DNA of 64,000 bases from Bacilli bacterium (GTDB taxonomy: Bacteria > Bacillota_I > Bacilli_A > RFN20 > CAG-826): positions 3,896 through 67,895 of the forward strand of contig JAFTDF010000030.1 in assembly GCA_017454295.1 (NCBI GenBank), given 5' to 3'. The notes beneath the pieces are model-generated. The model did not search any database and had not been told where the DNA came from. It saw nothing but the letters and a program-made list of their open reading frames with translations. Numbering within the stretch: position 1 is the first letter of the stretch; every line of letters begins with the position of its first letter. The position numbers were made by a program, and so were the translations under genes. Positions 52,593 to 61,947 of this stretch are shown here, in pieces.

Positions 52593-55376
52593 TTAGGGCA
52601 TTCGGTGAAGAGCCATCCAAAGGCCCAACGCAAGGCGCGCCAAAACGCACACCCCCGTAGCCGTGAGCAAAACGATGAAAAACGGCAGGTAGGAAAGGCT
52701 CCAAGAAAACGGCGTTCCGAAAAATCCCCCTAGATAGGATTTGACGGCGAATTGGAGGCCAAGCAGCAAAACGAAAGAGCCACCCAAACCTAGTAACGTA
52801 AAAAGAAAGGCGTGCCCAAAGAAGAAGCGACTAATCGCGCTTCGGGAAAAGCCCAAAACATAGAGGAGGCCGCTTTCATGAGCGTTCTCCCGCAACGTGA
52901 TCCCCATCGAAATCAAAAACAGCAACAAAGACATCGTTAAGGCGATGTAGGAGAACACATTCAGAATGACCTGGATGTAAGAAAGGGTGTCCGTTAGGGA
53001 GAGATGGATTTCTAAAGCGGGGTCGTAGAAACGGTATTCTGGATAGGCTTTCGACAAAGCGGTGATCACCGTTTTCGTATCGGTGGATTCATCCACATAG
53101 AAGACGGCTCCCCGGGGTTCTAAGAGGAACGGAGACATGTCAAAGAGTTCGATCAGGGCATCCACCGTCCAATCCGAAACCACGAACAGCGTGTCTTCGT
53201 TTTCCTCTTTCACGCCCACCACTTTTAATTGGGCATAACGGAAGTCACGATAATACATGGTTCCGATTTCTTCGGCCCCGATTTCAAGGGCGATCGTAAT
53301 CTCATCCGGCTTGCCCCAAGCTTCGTAAAGAGAACGGGAAAGGAGGCATTCCTGATTCCCTTGAGGAGAACGGCCTGTCTTTAGATTCGTCACATCGGCG
53401 CTCAGCCGAATCGCCTTAGACCCGGTGGAAAGATAAGAGCCTTCTTTGACGCCCTCGGGAAGATCTAAGGGGAGCATCGCCGCCTCAATGGGTAAATACC
53501 CATAGGCTTCCCCGGCTTCGGTTGCCGCTTCTAATGAAGCAGAAACGAAAAACTTTCCTAGAAATCCCGACACCAAAGCGCCCCCATAAAAACCCCCATC
53601 GCTCGTAGGGCTGCGTCCCCGGCAAGAGGGAATCGCACGTTCAATCTCTTCGAGCCTATCCCAAGGGACCCCGGTCTTATCGCAAGCATACAGGTAGACC
53701 CGGTTATATGGGCAAGGTTCCCCCGCTTCACATAACGTGGGCAAATAGGCGGCGCTTGCTTTTTCAAAGACCAAATGCCGTAATGCCGGGTCAGTGCGAA
53801 CGAGGGCAAGAAGATCTAAAACGTTGCCTTTTAAAACGAGATAGGGAATCTCTTGGATATATTGTGGCGTCGGCCCACTTTCTTGGCGGGTTACCCGAAA
53901 AAACATTTGGTCGATAATGACTTTGTGGTTCCAACGATGATCGGTATGGAAAAAGACCGGCTTTGCGTTTTGGCACACGCCCACCACCGTAAATAGTTCC
54001 TCATCTTGAAATCCCCATTCGATGTGGGAAGCGTGAAGCACGATGGAAAGGCCGTGGGAGGCAATGTAATCCCCTAACGACTGATAGCTTCGGACGATAT
54101 GCAACGATAGGCAGAGATTGAACATCGTCGGATAAGGGAGCCCGAGGACAACCTCATCGGTTTTCATATTGACGGAAGGGCGGGGGAAGACCGTTGCTCC
54201 AACCCCAGGGTGATACCAAAGGTAATCATTGATTTGCTCCACGCCAAAGCCTGGTAATACCACCGTTTCGCTTCCTGCTTGATAAGAGACGTAATCATCG
54301 TCGACAAACCACGATCCATAATCCATGGCCAAGGTGGTTCCGTAGTCTTCGATTAAGTCGGGATATTCATCCACTAAGAAATCCGCATCTTCCGGCGAAG
54401 CGGCATAAATGTTGGAGATGCCGCTGCCATCTTCGCTTTGCGCTTCCATCACGATGGTGTGTTTGGGAACGAGGCTAGCAAAGGCACCTTCGATTTCCGT
54501 GGAAATGGAGTTCCCCAAATAGGCCGTGATTCCTAAGGTCGCAAGCCCAAACATCATCGCCCCGGCGCTAAGGAGGGAACGAATTCGCTTGGCCTTAAAA
54601 ACTGACATGGCATGACGTAAACAAAACCCAAATCCCAGGGGCTCGGGAACGGGGTTCTTCCGTAGGCGAATCGACTTGGCGGAGCTTGCGGTAGAAGTAT
54701 TCTTCCGCTTCGTATGACGCACCACTTTCCCATCCCGCATTTCAATGAGTTCGTCGCAAGAGGAGGCCAAGATATCTTGGTCATGGGACACGACGATGAC
54801 TAAGCATTTTTCCGCGATGCCCCGCAGCAAACGAAAGACCAGTTTGGCGTTGCGCCCATCCAAAGCCCCACTTGGTTCATCGCATAGCAAAACTTGGGGA
54901 TCCGCGCATAAGGCACGGGCGATAGCAACCCGCTGTTTTTCGCCGCCAGAAAGCGTATTCACCCTTTGATCGGCTCGCTTTTCCATACCCACAAAACGCA
55001 GCAAATCCAGCGCTTTTTTCCGCAATTCCTCCGTATTTGCGTCATAAATCGATTTAAGGCAAACAAGCAGATTGGCCATGACGGTTTCTAGTTCCAAAAG
55101 GCGGAATGATTGGAAAACATAGCCGAAATGAAGCAGACGCAACCGGTTCCGTTTGGCTTCGCTGCGCCGCTTGGATTCTTTGCCGAAAATCTTGACCGAG
55201 CCCTGGTAACCGATATCGATGCCCGCCAAGATATTCAGCAGCGTCGACTTGCCACATCCGGAAGGTCCTAGGATGCCAACCAATCCCTTTTCCGGGAAAT
55301 CCAAATGAATTCCCCGCAAAGCCGCATCTTGGCCAAATGTCCGCTGGACGTTTCGGAGAACCAAAGGGCTATTCAT
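52593..55376 (-). CDS. fused ABC ATPase / FtsX-family (MacB-like) permease with a very large extracytoplasmic domain (927 aa)
   Basis: Start [14 protein letters not shown]. Walker A GPSGCGKST, signature LSGGEKQR, Walker B LLCDEPSGALD. One TM helix, a long soluble region of roughly 500 aa, then 3 C-terminal TM helices. Overlaps the upstream ABC gene by 8 nt. Confidence 0.85.
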   Translation of the reverse strand: MNSPLVLRNVQRTFGQDAALRGIHLDFPEKGLVGILGPSGCGKSTLLNILAGIDIGYQGSVKIFGKESKRRSEAKRNRLRLLHFGYVFQSFRLLELETVMANLLVCLKSIYDANTEELRKKALDLLRFVGMEKRADQRVNTLSGGEKQRVAIARALCADPQVLLCDEPSGALDGRNAKLVFRLLRGIAEKCLVIVVSHDQDILASSCDELIEMRDGKVVRHTKRKNTSTASSAKSIRLRKNPVPEPLGFGFCLRHAMSVFKAKRIRSLLSAGAMMFGLATLGITAYLGNSISTEIEGAFASLVPKHTIVMEAQSEDGSGISNIYAASPEDADFLVDEYPDLIEDYGTTLAMDYGSWFVDDDYVSYQAGSETVVLPGFGVEQINDYLWYHPGVGATVFPRPSVNMKTDEVVLGLPYPTMFNLCLSLHIVRSYQSLGDYIASHGLSIVLHASHIEWGFQDEELFTVVGVCQNAKPVFFHTDHRWNHKVIIDQMFFRVTRQESGPTPQYIQEIPYLVLKGNVLDLLALVRTDPALRHLVFEKASAAYLPTLCEAGEPCPYNRVYLYACDKTGVPWDRLEEIERAIPSCRGRSPTSDGGFYGGALVSGFLGKFFVSASLEAATEAGEAYGYLPIEAAMLPLDLPEGVKEGSYLSTGSKAIRLSADVTNLKTGRSPQGNQECLLSRSLYEAWGKPDEITIALEIGAEEIGTMYYRDFRYAQLKVVGVKEENEDTLFVVSDWTVDALIELFDMSPFLLEPRGAVFYVDESTDTKTVITALSKAYPEYRFYDPALEIHLSLTDTLSYIQVILNVFSYIALTMSLLLFLISMGITLRENAHESGLLYVLGFSRSAISRFFFGHAFLFTLLGLGGSFVLLLGLQFAVKSYLGGFFGTPFSWSLSYLPFFIVLLTATGVCVLARLALGLWMALHRMP

Positions 55377-57396
55377 CCCGGAGTTCCTCCGCCAAAGGAA
55401 TGCGTTTCGAACATAGAATCGGTAGTGCCCCGCTAGCAAAACCAAAAGCCCCAGATGCGACTAAGCATAAAGCGATGAAGCCTAGTGGGGGCATCGCGCC
55501 AATCGCCCAAGGATGATCGATGATTCCCTGGATACCGAAATTGACGGATAAATAAGAATTTCCAAAACGGACCAAGGGCAGGGTGAAAACCAACGCGGCG
55601 ATCATCGCAAGCAAACTCACCACGCAGGATTCCCATGCAAAGATCGCGGTGAGGTCGCCGCTACTTGCCCCCAGGCTTAATAAGACCGCGGCTTCCTTTT
55701 TCTTTTCCGTGAAATTGGAGTAGGCCATCATCATGAGGATGGCCAATAGTCCTGCTAGGGAAATCGCCGAAACCAAAGCGAGCGAAGAGCCAAACGCTTC
55801 GGCAATCGAGCGGAAGGATTCACGTAAGGAATAGGCCTCGGATTCTAAGGAATAGGAGGTGCCTTCCCACTCCCCGGATTTCGCTAACAGTTTTTCCGTT
55901 TCCCCAAAATCATGGGAGAACACCAAATATCGATATTTCAAATATGGGGAGTCATTGGGGCAGTCTTCCAGGAAATCGGTCACGGTGTAACGAAGATGGC
56001 CGATGCGTCCGAACGCGGAAAGTTCATAGTCGGCCAAGTGATTCCATAATCCTAGATAGGAGTAATAAAGGCGAGGCGAATTCAGGAAGCGGAATTCCTC
56101 CACCACCCCAGCGATGGTGAAGTCAAAAGAAAGGAACACCGTCTCGGTGGCGTCCAAGCGTTGGATCTGCGATTTGGCTTCCACGTGTATTTTCTTTCCA
56201 ACCACGGTACCGGGAAACATCGTCGCGAATTCCCGATTCACCAGCGCCTCATCCATCGTATTGTCTTTTGGTAGCGTACCTTCCAAAAGCAATTCCGCGT
56301 TTCCCTCCCGAAGCGTAAGGTCGGCGATGGGGGTAAAGCGAATCGGCTCCTGCGTTTTCCCCAAAAACTCATAGGGCAATGAGGAGGGGAAGAAATAAGA
56401 CAAATCCGTTTCAAAACTTAATCCATAGATGCCCTCGGTTAAATCCAAAGCCGTGAGATATTTGGGTCGGGCTTCCCGAACCAGCGTTAACGGAGAAGAG
56501 GGGATCTCCACCCGTTCTTTCTCGCTAAGATAAGCACTTTGATAATGAAGAAGCCGTTTCCCCTCCCGTTCTAAGGCAGGAATATGGCCCCCATAGAAAC
56601 CAAGGGTTAACATAAGGGAGAGAAACCCAATGGTCCCCGATATCAAACAAGCCGTGTTTTTCAACCAGTGGCGAGAAAGGTTTCGCTTAAGGAAAAAGGA
56701 ACACCAGCCATGGCCCCGTTTTCGTTTGGCTTCGCGCATGGGAGCTCTCTTTTTCATCCATGTCCCTTTGCAAAGAACCCTCCCCGATTTCACTTCCACC
56801 ACTTGATCGGCGTAACGCGAAACGAAATCGGCATGATGAGACACGAAGATCACCAATCGTTTTCGGCTGATTCGTTTTAGTAGCTTCATGATGGCTTCGG
56901 CGTGTTCTTGATCTAAAGCACCCGTGGGTTCATCGGCGCAAAGAAAGGAGGGCTCGGTCACGATGGCCCGGGCGATGGCGACCCGTTGTTTCTCCCCGCC
57001 GGAAAGCGTATCGACATTCCGTCTTTCAAAGCCAGATAGCCCCACTTCACGCAGCGCCTCTTTGACCACGGCGTTCATGCGATTCATCCCTTGAATCGAA
57101 CAAGCCAAAGCAACGTTACGAAAAACGCTGGCCCCTTCGATCAGGTTGTAGTGTTGAAACACCAAAGCGCAATCTTGGCCCCTAACAATGGGTTTTCCCC
57201 GTAGAAGTACGCGTCCCGAACTTGGGATATCCAGGCCGGAAAGCAAATTCAATAGGGTGGTCTTCCCTGATCCGGACGGCCCGAAAATCGCCACCATGCC
57301 CGTATCTGGAAAGGAAAGAGATGCATCCTTTAAGGCATAGGTATATCCATTACCAACCCGGTATCGTTTGCTGATGTGAAGTGCTTGAAGAAACAA
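55369..57396 (-). CDS. fused ABC ATPase / FtsX-family (MacB-like) permease (675 aa), TTG start
   Basis: Walker [18 protein letters not shown], Walker [14 protein letters not shown]1, a ~270-aa extracytoplasmic region, then FtsX-type TM2-4. The only in-frame start before the conserved N-terminus is TTG at 57396, with GGAGG 8 nt upstream. Confidence 0.85.
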   Translation of the reverse strand: MFLQALHISKRYRVGNGYTYALKDASLSFPDTGMVAIFGPSGSGKTTLLNLLSGLDIPSSGRVLLRGKPIVRGQDCALVFQHYNLIEGASVFRNVALACSIQGMNRMNAVVKEALREVGLSGFERRNVDTLSGGEKQRVAIARAIVTEPSFLCADEPTGALDQEHAEAIMKLLKRISRKRLVIFVSHHADFVSRYADQVVEVKSGRVLCKGTWMKKRAPMREAKRKRGHGWCSFFLKRNLSRHWLKNTACLISGTIGFLSLMLTLGFYGGHIPALEREGKRLLHYQSAYLSEKERVEIPSSPLTLVREARPKYLTALDLTEGIYGLSFETDLSYFFPSSLPYEFLGKTQEPIRFTPIADLTLREGNAELLLEGTLPKDNTMDEALVNREFATMFPGTVVGKKIHVEAKSQIQRLDATETVFLSFDFTIAGVVEEFRFLNSPRLYYSYLGLWNHLADYELSAFGRIGHLRYTVTDFLEDCPNDSPYLKYRYLVFSHDFGETEKLLAKSGEWEGTSYSLESEAYSLRESFRSIAEAFGSSLALVSAISLAGLLAILMMMAYSNFTEKKKEAAVLLSLGASSGDLTAIFAWESCVVSLLAMIAALVFTLPLVRFGNSYLSVNFGIQGIIDHPWAIGAMPPLGFIALCLVASGAFGFASGALPILCSKRIPLAEELRDE

Positions 57397-57398
57397 AA

Positions 57399-57438
57399 AA
57401 ACGACCTCCCCTTTCTTATACGGGGGAAACGGTCGTTT
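57399..57438 (-). terminator. rho-independent terminator after the DUF951 gene; its 3' arm contains the SD of the downstream ABC gene
   Basis: AAACGACC/GGTCGTTT outer stem (57399-57406 / 57431-57438) plus TCCCC/GGGGA inner stem. T7 run on the minus strand. Confidence 0.7.
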
Positions 57439-57449
57439 TGAGAATCGGG

Positions 57450-57671
57450 TTATTTGCCTTCGACGATTGGCCCTTCGTGATGGGCAATCACTTTTTTGAT
57501 TTTGCCGTTGAACTTATCGCGGTCGATCATCATGATGTTCCCACAACCAAGGCATTGGATTTTGATATCGGCGCCAACGCGCACGATTTGAAATCGTTTG
57601 CTCCTAGCGTGGCAAGGATGAGGCCGTTTCATTTCCACCTCATCATAGAGACCATAGGCGACTAGTTCCAC
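57450..57671 (-). CDS. DUF951 family protein (YyzM-like), GTG start
   Basis: (M)ELVAYGLYDEVEMKRPHPCHARSKRFQIVRVGADIKIQCLGCGNIMMIDRDKF matches the remembered YyzM pattern (..DIVEMKKPHPCG...RVGaDIr.kC.gCg). The GTG at 57671 has GGAGGAGG upstream and overlaps the fhs stop. Confidence 0.75.
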   Translation of the reverse strand: MELVAYGLYDEVEMKRPHPCHARSKRFQIVRVGADIKIQCLGCGNIMMIDRDKFNGKIKKVIAHHEGPIVEGK

Positions 57672-59281
57672 GGTTCCTCCTCCATCTCTTGCGCTAAGGG
57701 GACCTTGGGCAAACCAGGCATCGTGAAGATCGTTCCGGTTAGCGGGATTAAGAAATTGGAGCCGCTGGCGAGGTTGACTTCGCGGACATGGATTTGGAAG
57801 TCTTTTGGAGCTCCAAGAACCTTCGGGGAATCGGTGAAGGAGAGCGGGGTTTTGGCCATGCAAACAAAGGCGTCCCCGAATCCAAGGGCCTCATATTCGG
57901 CGATTTGGGCGCGCGCCTTGTCGCTATATTCCACACCGGAAGCGCCATAGATTTCCTTGCAAATCCGCTCTATCTTTTCATAAACCGGCTCTTTGCGGTC
58001 ATAAATCGGGTGATAGTTCGACGGCTCGTTTTCAAGCATGTCCTTCACGATCTTGGCAAGTTCGGCCGCTCCTTCCCCGCCATTGAGGAAGGACGAATTG
58101 ATGGCGCAGCGGTAGCCTTTGGAGGCACACCAAGCAAAGAGGGCGTCCAGTTCTTTTTCCGTATCGGTGGGGAACTGGTTGATGGCCACCACGACGGGCA
58201 AGCCAAACTTCTTGATGTTCTCCACATGGCGTTCGAGGTTGGGCACGCCACGGAGTAAGGCTTCGACGTTTTCTTCGGCCAAATCTTCGAAGGCCACGCC
58301 ACCATGCATCTTCAAGGCACGGATGGTCGCCACCATAACGCAGGCGTCGGGGCGAAGGCCGCCCACCTGACATTTGATGTCGAGGAATTTTTCGGCACCA
58401 AGGTCGGCGCCGAAGCCGGCTTCGGTAATGACGATCGGGGCCAAGCGAAGCGCGGTCTTTGTCGCGATGAGGGAATTGCATCCATGGGCGATATTGGCGA
58501 AAGGCCCGCCTTGGACAAAGCAGGGATTATGTTCTAACGTCTGGACCAAGTTTGGATAGAAGGCATCGCGCATCAAGCGCATTACGGCGTGGGAGACTTT
58601 GAAATCCGCCACGGTAAGAGCCTTTCCGTCGACATCATAGGCCACGATGATTTTCTTTAGGCGTTCCAAGAAGTCTTCGGGAGAAGCGGCCAAGCAATAA
58701 ATGGCCATCATCTCCGAGGCAACAGTAATCACGAATTCGGAAGGGTGGGGAATGCCTTTGGGATCGTTTTCGGCAACGGTGATGGCGCGAAGGGAACGAT
58801 CGTTCATATCCAAGGCCCGTTTCCAAACGATGCGGTTGGGATCGATACGTAAAGGATTGCCTTGATAGAGGCTATTTTCCACGACGGCGGAAATCAGGTT
58901 GATTGAAGAGGTCAACGCATGGAAGTCGCCCGTGAAATGAAGGTCGATATCGTCTTTGGGACCAATGGAAGCTTTGCCGCCTCCGGTGGCGCCTCCTTTA
59001 ATCCCAAACACCGGGCCTAAGGAAGGTTCGCGCAAGCAGAGCATGGCTTTTTGGCCGATCTTGGCCATGCCATCGGCCAGACCAATCGAGGTCGTGGTCT
59101 TCCCCTCCCCCGCTTTGGTGGGGGTGATGGCGGTGACCAGCACCAATTTCCCTTGGGTTTTCGAAAGACGATTGCCTAAAGCGGCCGTGTCGATTTTGGC
59201 TTTATATTTGCCATAAGGCATCACCGCTTCCGCTGGCAAATCCAACTTCGCGGCGATTTCTTGAATTGGTAATAAGGACAT
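57662..59281 (-). CDS. fhs: formate--tetrahydrofolate ligase
   Basis: 539 aa. ITPTKAGEGKTTTSIGL P-loop. AAGGAGGAAAA SD. Confidence 0.95.
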   Translation of the reverse strand: MSLLPIQEIAAKLDLPAEAVMPYGKYKAKIDTAALGNRLSKTQGKLVLVTAITPTKAGEGKTTTSIGLADGMAKIGQKAMLCLREPSLGPVFGIKGGATGGGKASIGPKDDIDLHFTGDFHALTSSINLISAVVENSLYQGNPLRIDPNRIVWKRALDMNDRSLRAITVAENDPKGIPHPSEFVITVASEMMAIYCLAASPEDFLERLKKIIVAYDVDGKALTVADFKVSHAVMRLMRDAFYPNLVQTLEHNPCFVQGGPFANIAHGCNSLIATKTALRLAPIVITEAGFGADLGAEKFLDIKCQVGGLRPDACVMVATIRALKMHGGVAFEDLAEENVEALLRGVPNLERHVENIKKFGLPVVVAINQFPTDTEKELDALFAWCASKGYRCAINSSFLNGGEGAAELAKIVKDMLENEPSNYHPIYDRKEPVYEKIERICKEIYGASGVEYSDKARAQIAEYEALGFGDAFVCMAKTPLSFTDSPKVLGAPKDFQIHVREVNLASGSNFLIPLTGTIFTMPGLPKVPLAQEMEEEPWN

Positions 59282-59332
59282 GGTTTTCCTCCTTGCTGGA
59301 AATGATAATCCAAAACTTTGTTTTGAGAAGGG

Positions 59333-60208
59333 CTATTCGTGTTTAGAAATGGCCTGGAGGATATCTTCTTCGCTTTGAATCCACTCCACCTCGAATTGGT
59401 GGCGGAAGAAGGTATCCTGCCGTTTGACGTAATTCCGCGTGTTTTTCTTGATGGTTTCCTTGCATTCCTCAAGGCTGATTTCTCCGTCGAAATAAGGGAA
59501 GCATTCTTTGACCCCAATGGCGCGGAAGGCCTGGCAAGAGCGGCCATAGCGTTCCACTAAACGGCGGTTCTCTTCTAATAAGCCCGCCTCAAACATCCGC
59601 TCGACCCGTGCATTCACCTTTTCGTAAATCGTCTCCCGTTCGGAAGCAATCCCGAAGAAGCGGGCAGGATAGATGGGGGCGTGGACTTGTTGGGCTTCCC
59701 AATCCGATTTCGGCATGCCCCTTTGCAAGCAGATTTCGATGGCCCGTAAGACGCGTTGGCGGTTATGGGGATGGATGTCCTCGGCGGAGCGGGGGTCCAT
59801 GGAATGCAGCACTTGGTGCAGCGATTCATCGTCCATGTTTTCAAACGCGGAAAGATCCAATGGGGTTTCTTCCCCGAAACGATAATCATAAAGGCCCGCC
59901 CGAATATAGAGCCCGGTGCCACCGGCGATGATGATGTTGCGGTCTTGCTTTTGGAATTCGGCGATCATGGCCCGCAAATCTTTTTGGTATTCGGCCACGC
60001 TATAGGTTTCGTTTAACGGCACAAACGAAAACAAGAAATGCGGAACTTCCATTAACTGTTCCTCGCTGGGCTTAGCCGTAGCGATGTCTAATTCTTCGTA
60101 GACTTGGAAGGCATCGGCATTGATGATGACCGCATTGAGTTTTTTGGCGAGGGAGATCGCCATTTCCGATTTGCCAGAGCCAGTCGCCCCAGTAAGAACG
60201 AGAATCAC
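59333..60208 (-). CDS. miaA: tRNA dimethylallyltransferase
   Basis: 291 aa. LTGATGSGKS P-loop and IIAGGTGLYI. The start overlaps the miaB stop. Confidence 0.93.
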   Translation of the reverse strand: MILVLTGATGSGKSEMAISLAKKLNAVIINADAFQVYEELDIATAKPSEEQLMEVPHFLFSFVPLNETYSVAEYQKDLRAMIAEFQKQDRNIIIAGGTGLYIRAGLYDYRFGEETPLDLSAFENMDDESLHQVLHSMDPRSAEDIHPHNRQRVLRAIEICLQRGMPKSDWEAQQVHAPIYPARFFGIASERETIYEKVNARVERMFEAGLLEENRRLVERYGRSCQAFRAIGVKECFPYFDGEISLEECKETIKKNTRNYVKRQDTFFRHQFEVEWIQSEEDILQAISKHE

Positions 60209-61947
60209 TTGAGGGCGGCCTCCACTTGTTCTAATAAAGGTTTTAAGTCCGAAATTGCCGCTTGGAGATTTTGCACCAAAGGATGGTTTTCGTAATGCTG
60301 TTTTGCCTCCAAATAAGCTTTTTTCTTTGCGCTCACGTCCTCCCCGTTTTTGCTCGACGTCGCGAATTGGCGTTGGGCGGATTCCAAGGCGTCCCGCGCT
60401 TGGGCCACACTGGGATCGTTACGATACGCTTCCAAGGCTTGGAAATAACGTTGGGAGGCTTCTTCTCCATGCAGTTTGGCGGATAAATCCTTAGCCAGAT
60501 ACAGCAAAGGATCGTCGCAAAGTTCACCTAGCAATGAATAGGTATGGCTTTCGGTGATTTTGACTTCGACGATATGGCCTTTTAAATACGTCGGCCCTTG
60601 GAAGTGGACCAACTTATTGGTTTCGGTATAGCCGGAAAGCACCGCTTCATTCTTTTTCGAAGGGCCATCGACCAAAACGCGATAAGTGTGTCCCACCATT
60701 TCCAAAGCGTGGGCGGAAACGCTTTTTTCGATCACCGAAACCAGCTCTTTGAAACGACGGTGCTTGTCTTCAGAAGAGACCCCATCCACCATCGCGGCGG
60801 CCGGCGTCCCTTTCCGGGGGGAATATATAAAGGTAAAGGCAGAATCGTAGCCCACCGCTTCACAAACTTTTAAGGTTTCTTGGAAATCTTCCTCGGTTTC
60901 ATTGGGGAAACCGACGATGATGTCGGTGGAGAGGGCGCAGCCGGGGATCTTCTCTTTGATGCGACGCACCAAATCCAAATAATCGGCTTGGCTGTAGCGG
61001 CGCCCCATTTTCTTTAGGATTTCATCCGACCCGGATTGTAAGGGCAAATGGATGAAGGGCATGATGTTAGGATATTTTCCGATGACTTCCAGCATGGCAT
61101 CATCGAAATCCCAAGGATGGCTCGTCATGAAACGAAGGCGGGGGATTCCAAGCTTGGCCACTTCTTCCAAGATCGTGGCGAAGGTAGTCCCATCTTTAAA
61201 GTCCTTCCCATAGGAATTGACGTTTTGGCCGAGCAACGTGATTTCCTGATAGCCCTCTTCGACCAAGGCTTTGCATTCCGCCAAAATCTCTTCCTTGGCG
61301 CGACTACGTTCCCTGCCCCTGGTATAAGGGACGATGCAATAGGTGCAGAACTTGTCGCAGCCGTAAGTGATGTTGACGAACGCCTTGTAGGGATCAAGGC
61401 GGATGGAAGGAAGGTTTTCGACGATATCCCCAGGATAGGAAATGACATCGACTAAGTCTTTCTTCCGGGCCAAATGTTCGTCTAAGAGGTTGAGTAATTG
61501 CGGGAGGTTATGGGTGCCGAAAATGAGGTTCACATAAGGGTAGGTGGCCATGACTTTTTCCGCCATCTTCTCCTCTTGCATCATGCAACCGCAAACGGCC
61601 ATGACAAAGGAACGGTTGGCGAGATGGTTGGCTTTGAACTTTCCGATTTCGCCATAGACTTTTTCTTCGGCGTTTTCACGCACGGCGCAGGTATTGACGA
61701 TCACCAAATCCGCGCTTTTTTCATCGTTAGCTTTGCAAAACCCGGCTTTTTCCAAATAACCGGCCATGATTTCCTCATCGCGGACATTGGCCTGACAGCC
61801 GAATGTTTTAATGAGATAACTCCGTCCTTGGGCAAAGGCGGCAACCCGAGGTGGGACCGCGATTTCATCGGCTTTGACGACGGGCAGATCCACCCGGTTT
61901 CTGGCCTTGGCCATATCCGGTAACGATTTATAGATTTTCTTCCCCAT
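60205..61947 (-). CDS. miaB: tRNA-2-methylthio-N6-dimethylallyladenosine synthase MiaB fused to a ~100-aa YlbF/YmcA(RicA)-like C-terminal helical domain
   Basis: 580 aa. UPF0004 domain FGCQANVRDEE, radical-SAM CDKFCTYCIVP, and a TRAM domain ending ...ESHTYSLLGEL. An extra helical tail then follows (see finding). Confidence 0.9.
   Translation of the reverse strand: MGKKIYKSLPDMAKARNRVDLPVVKADEIAVPPRVAAFAQGRSYLIKTFGCQANVRDEEIMAGYLEKAGFCKANDEKSADLVIVNTCAVRENAEEKVYGEIGKFKANHLANRSFVMAVCGCMMQEEKMAEKVMATYPYVNLIFGTHNLPQLLNLLDEHLARKKDLVDVISYPGDIVENLPSIRLDPYKAFVNITYGCDKFCTYCIVPYTRGRERSRAKEEILAECKALVEEGYQEITLLGQNVNSYGKDFKDGTTFATILEEVAKLGIPRLRFMTSHPWDFDDAMLEVIGKYPNIMPFIHLPLQSGSDEILKKMGRRYSQADYLDLVRRIKEKIPGCALSTDIIVGFPNETEEDFQETLKVCEAVGYDSAFTFIYSPRKGTPAAAMVDGVSSEDKHRRFKELVSVIEKSVSAHALEMVGHTYRVLVDGPSKKNEAVLSGYTETNKLVHFQGPTYLKGHIVEVKITESHTYSLLGELCDDPLLYLAKDLSAKLHGEEASQRYFQALEAYRNDPSVAQARDALESAQRQFATSSKNGEDVSAKKKAYLEAKQHYENHPLVQNLQAAISDLKPLLEQVEAALK

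Noticed and set aside
57672-57863. Upstream extension of the DUF951 ORF (137-aa version)
   Set aside because: It overlaps the 3' end of fhs. The family is ~60-75 aa, and a GTG at 57671 with a GGAGGAGG SD gives the expected N-terminus.
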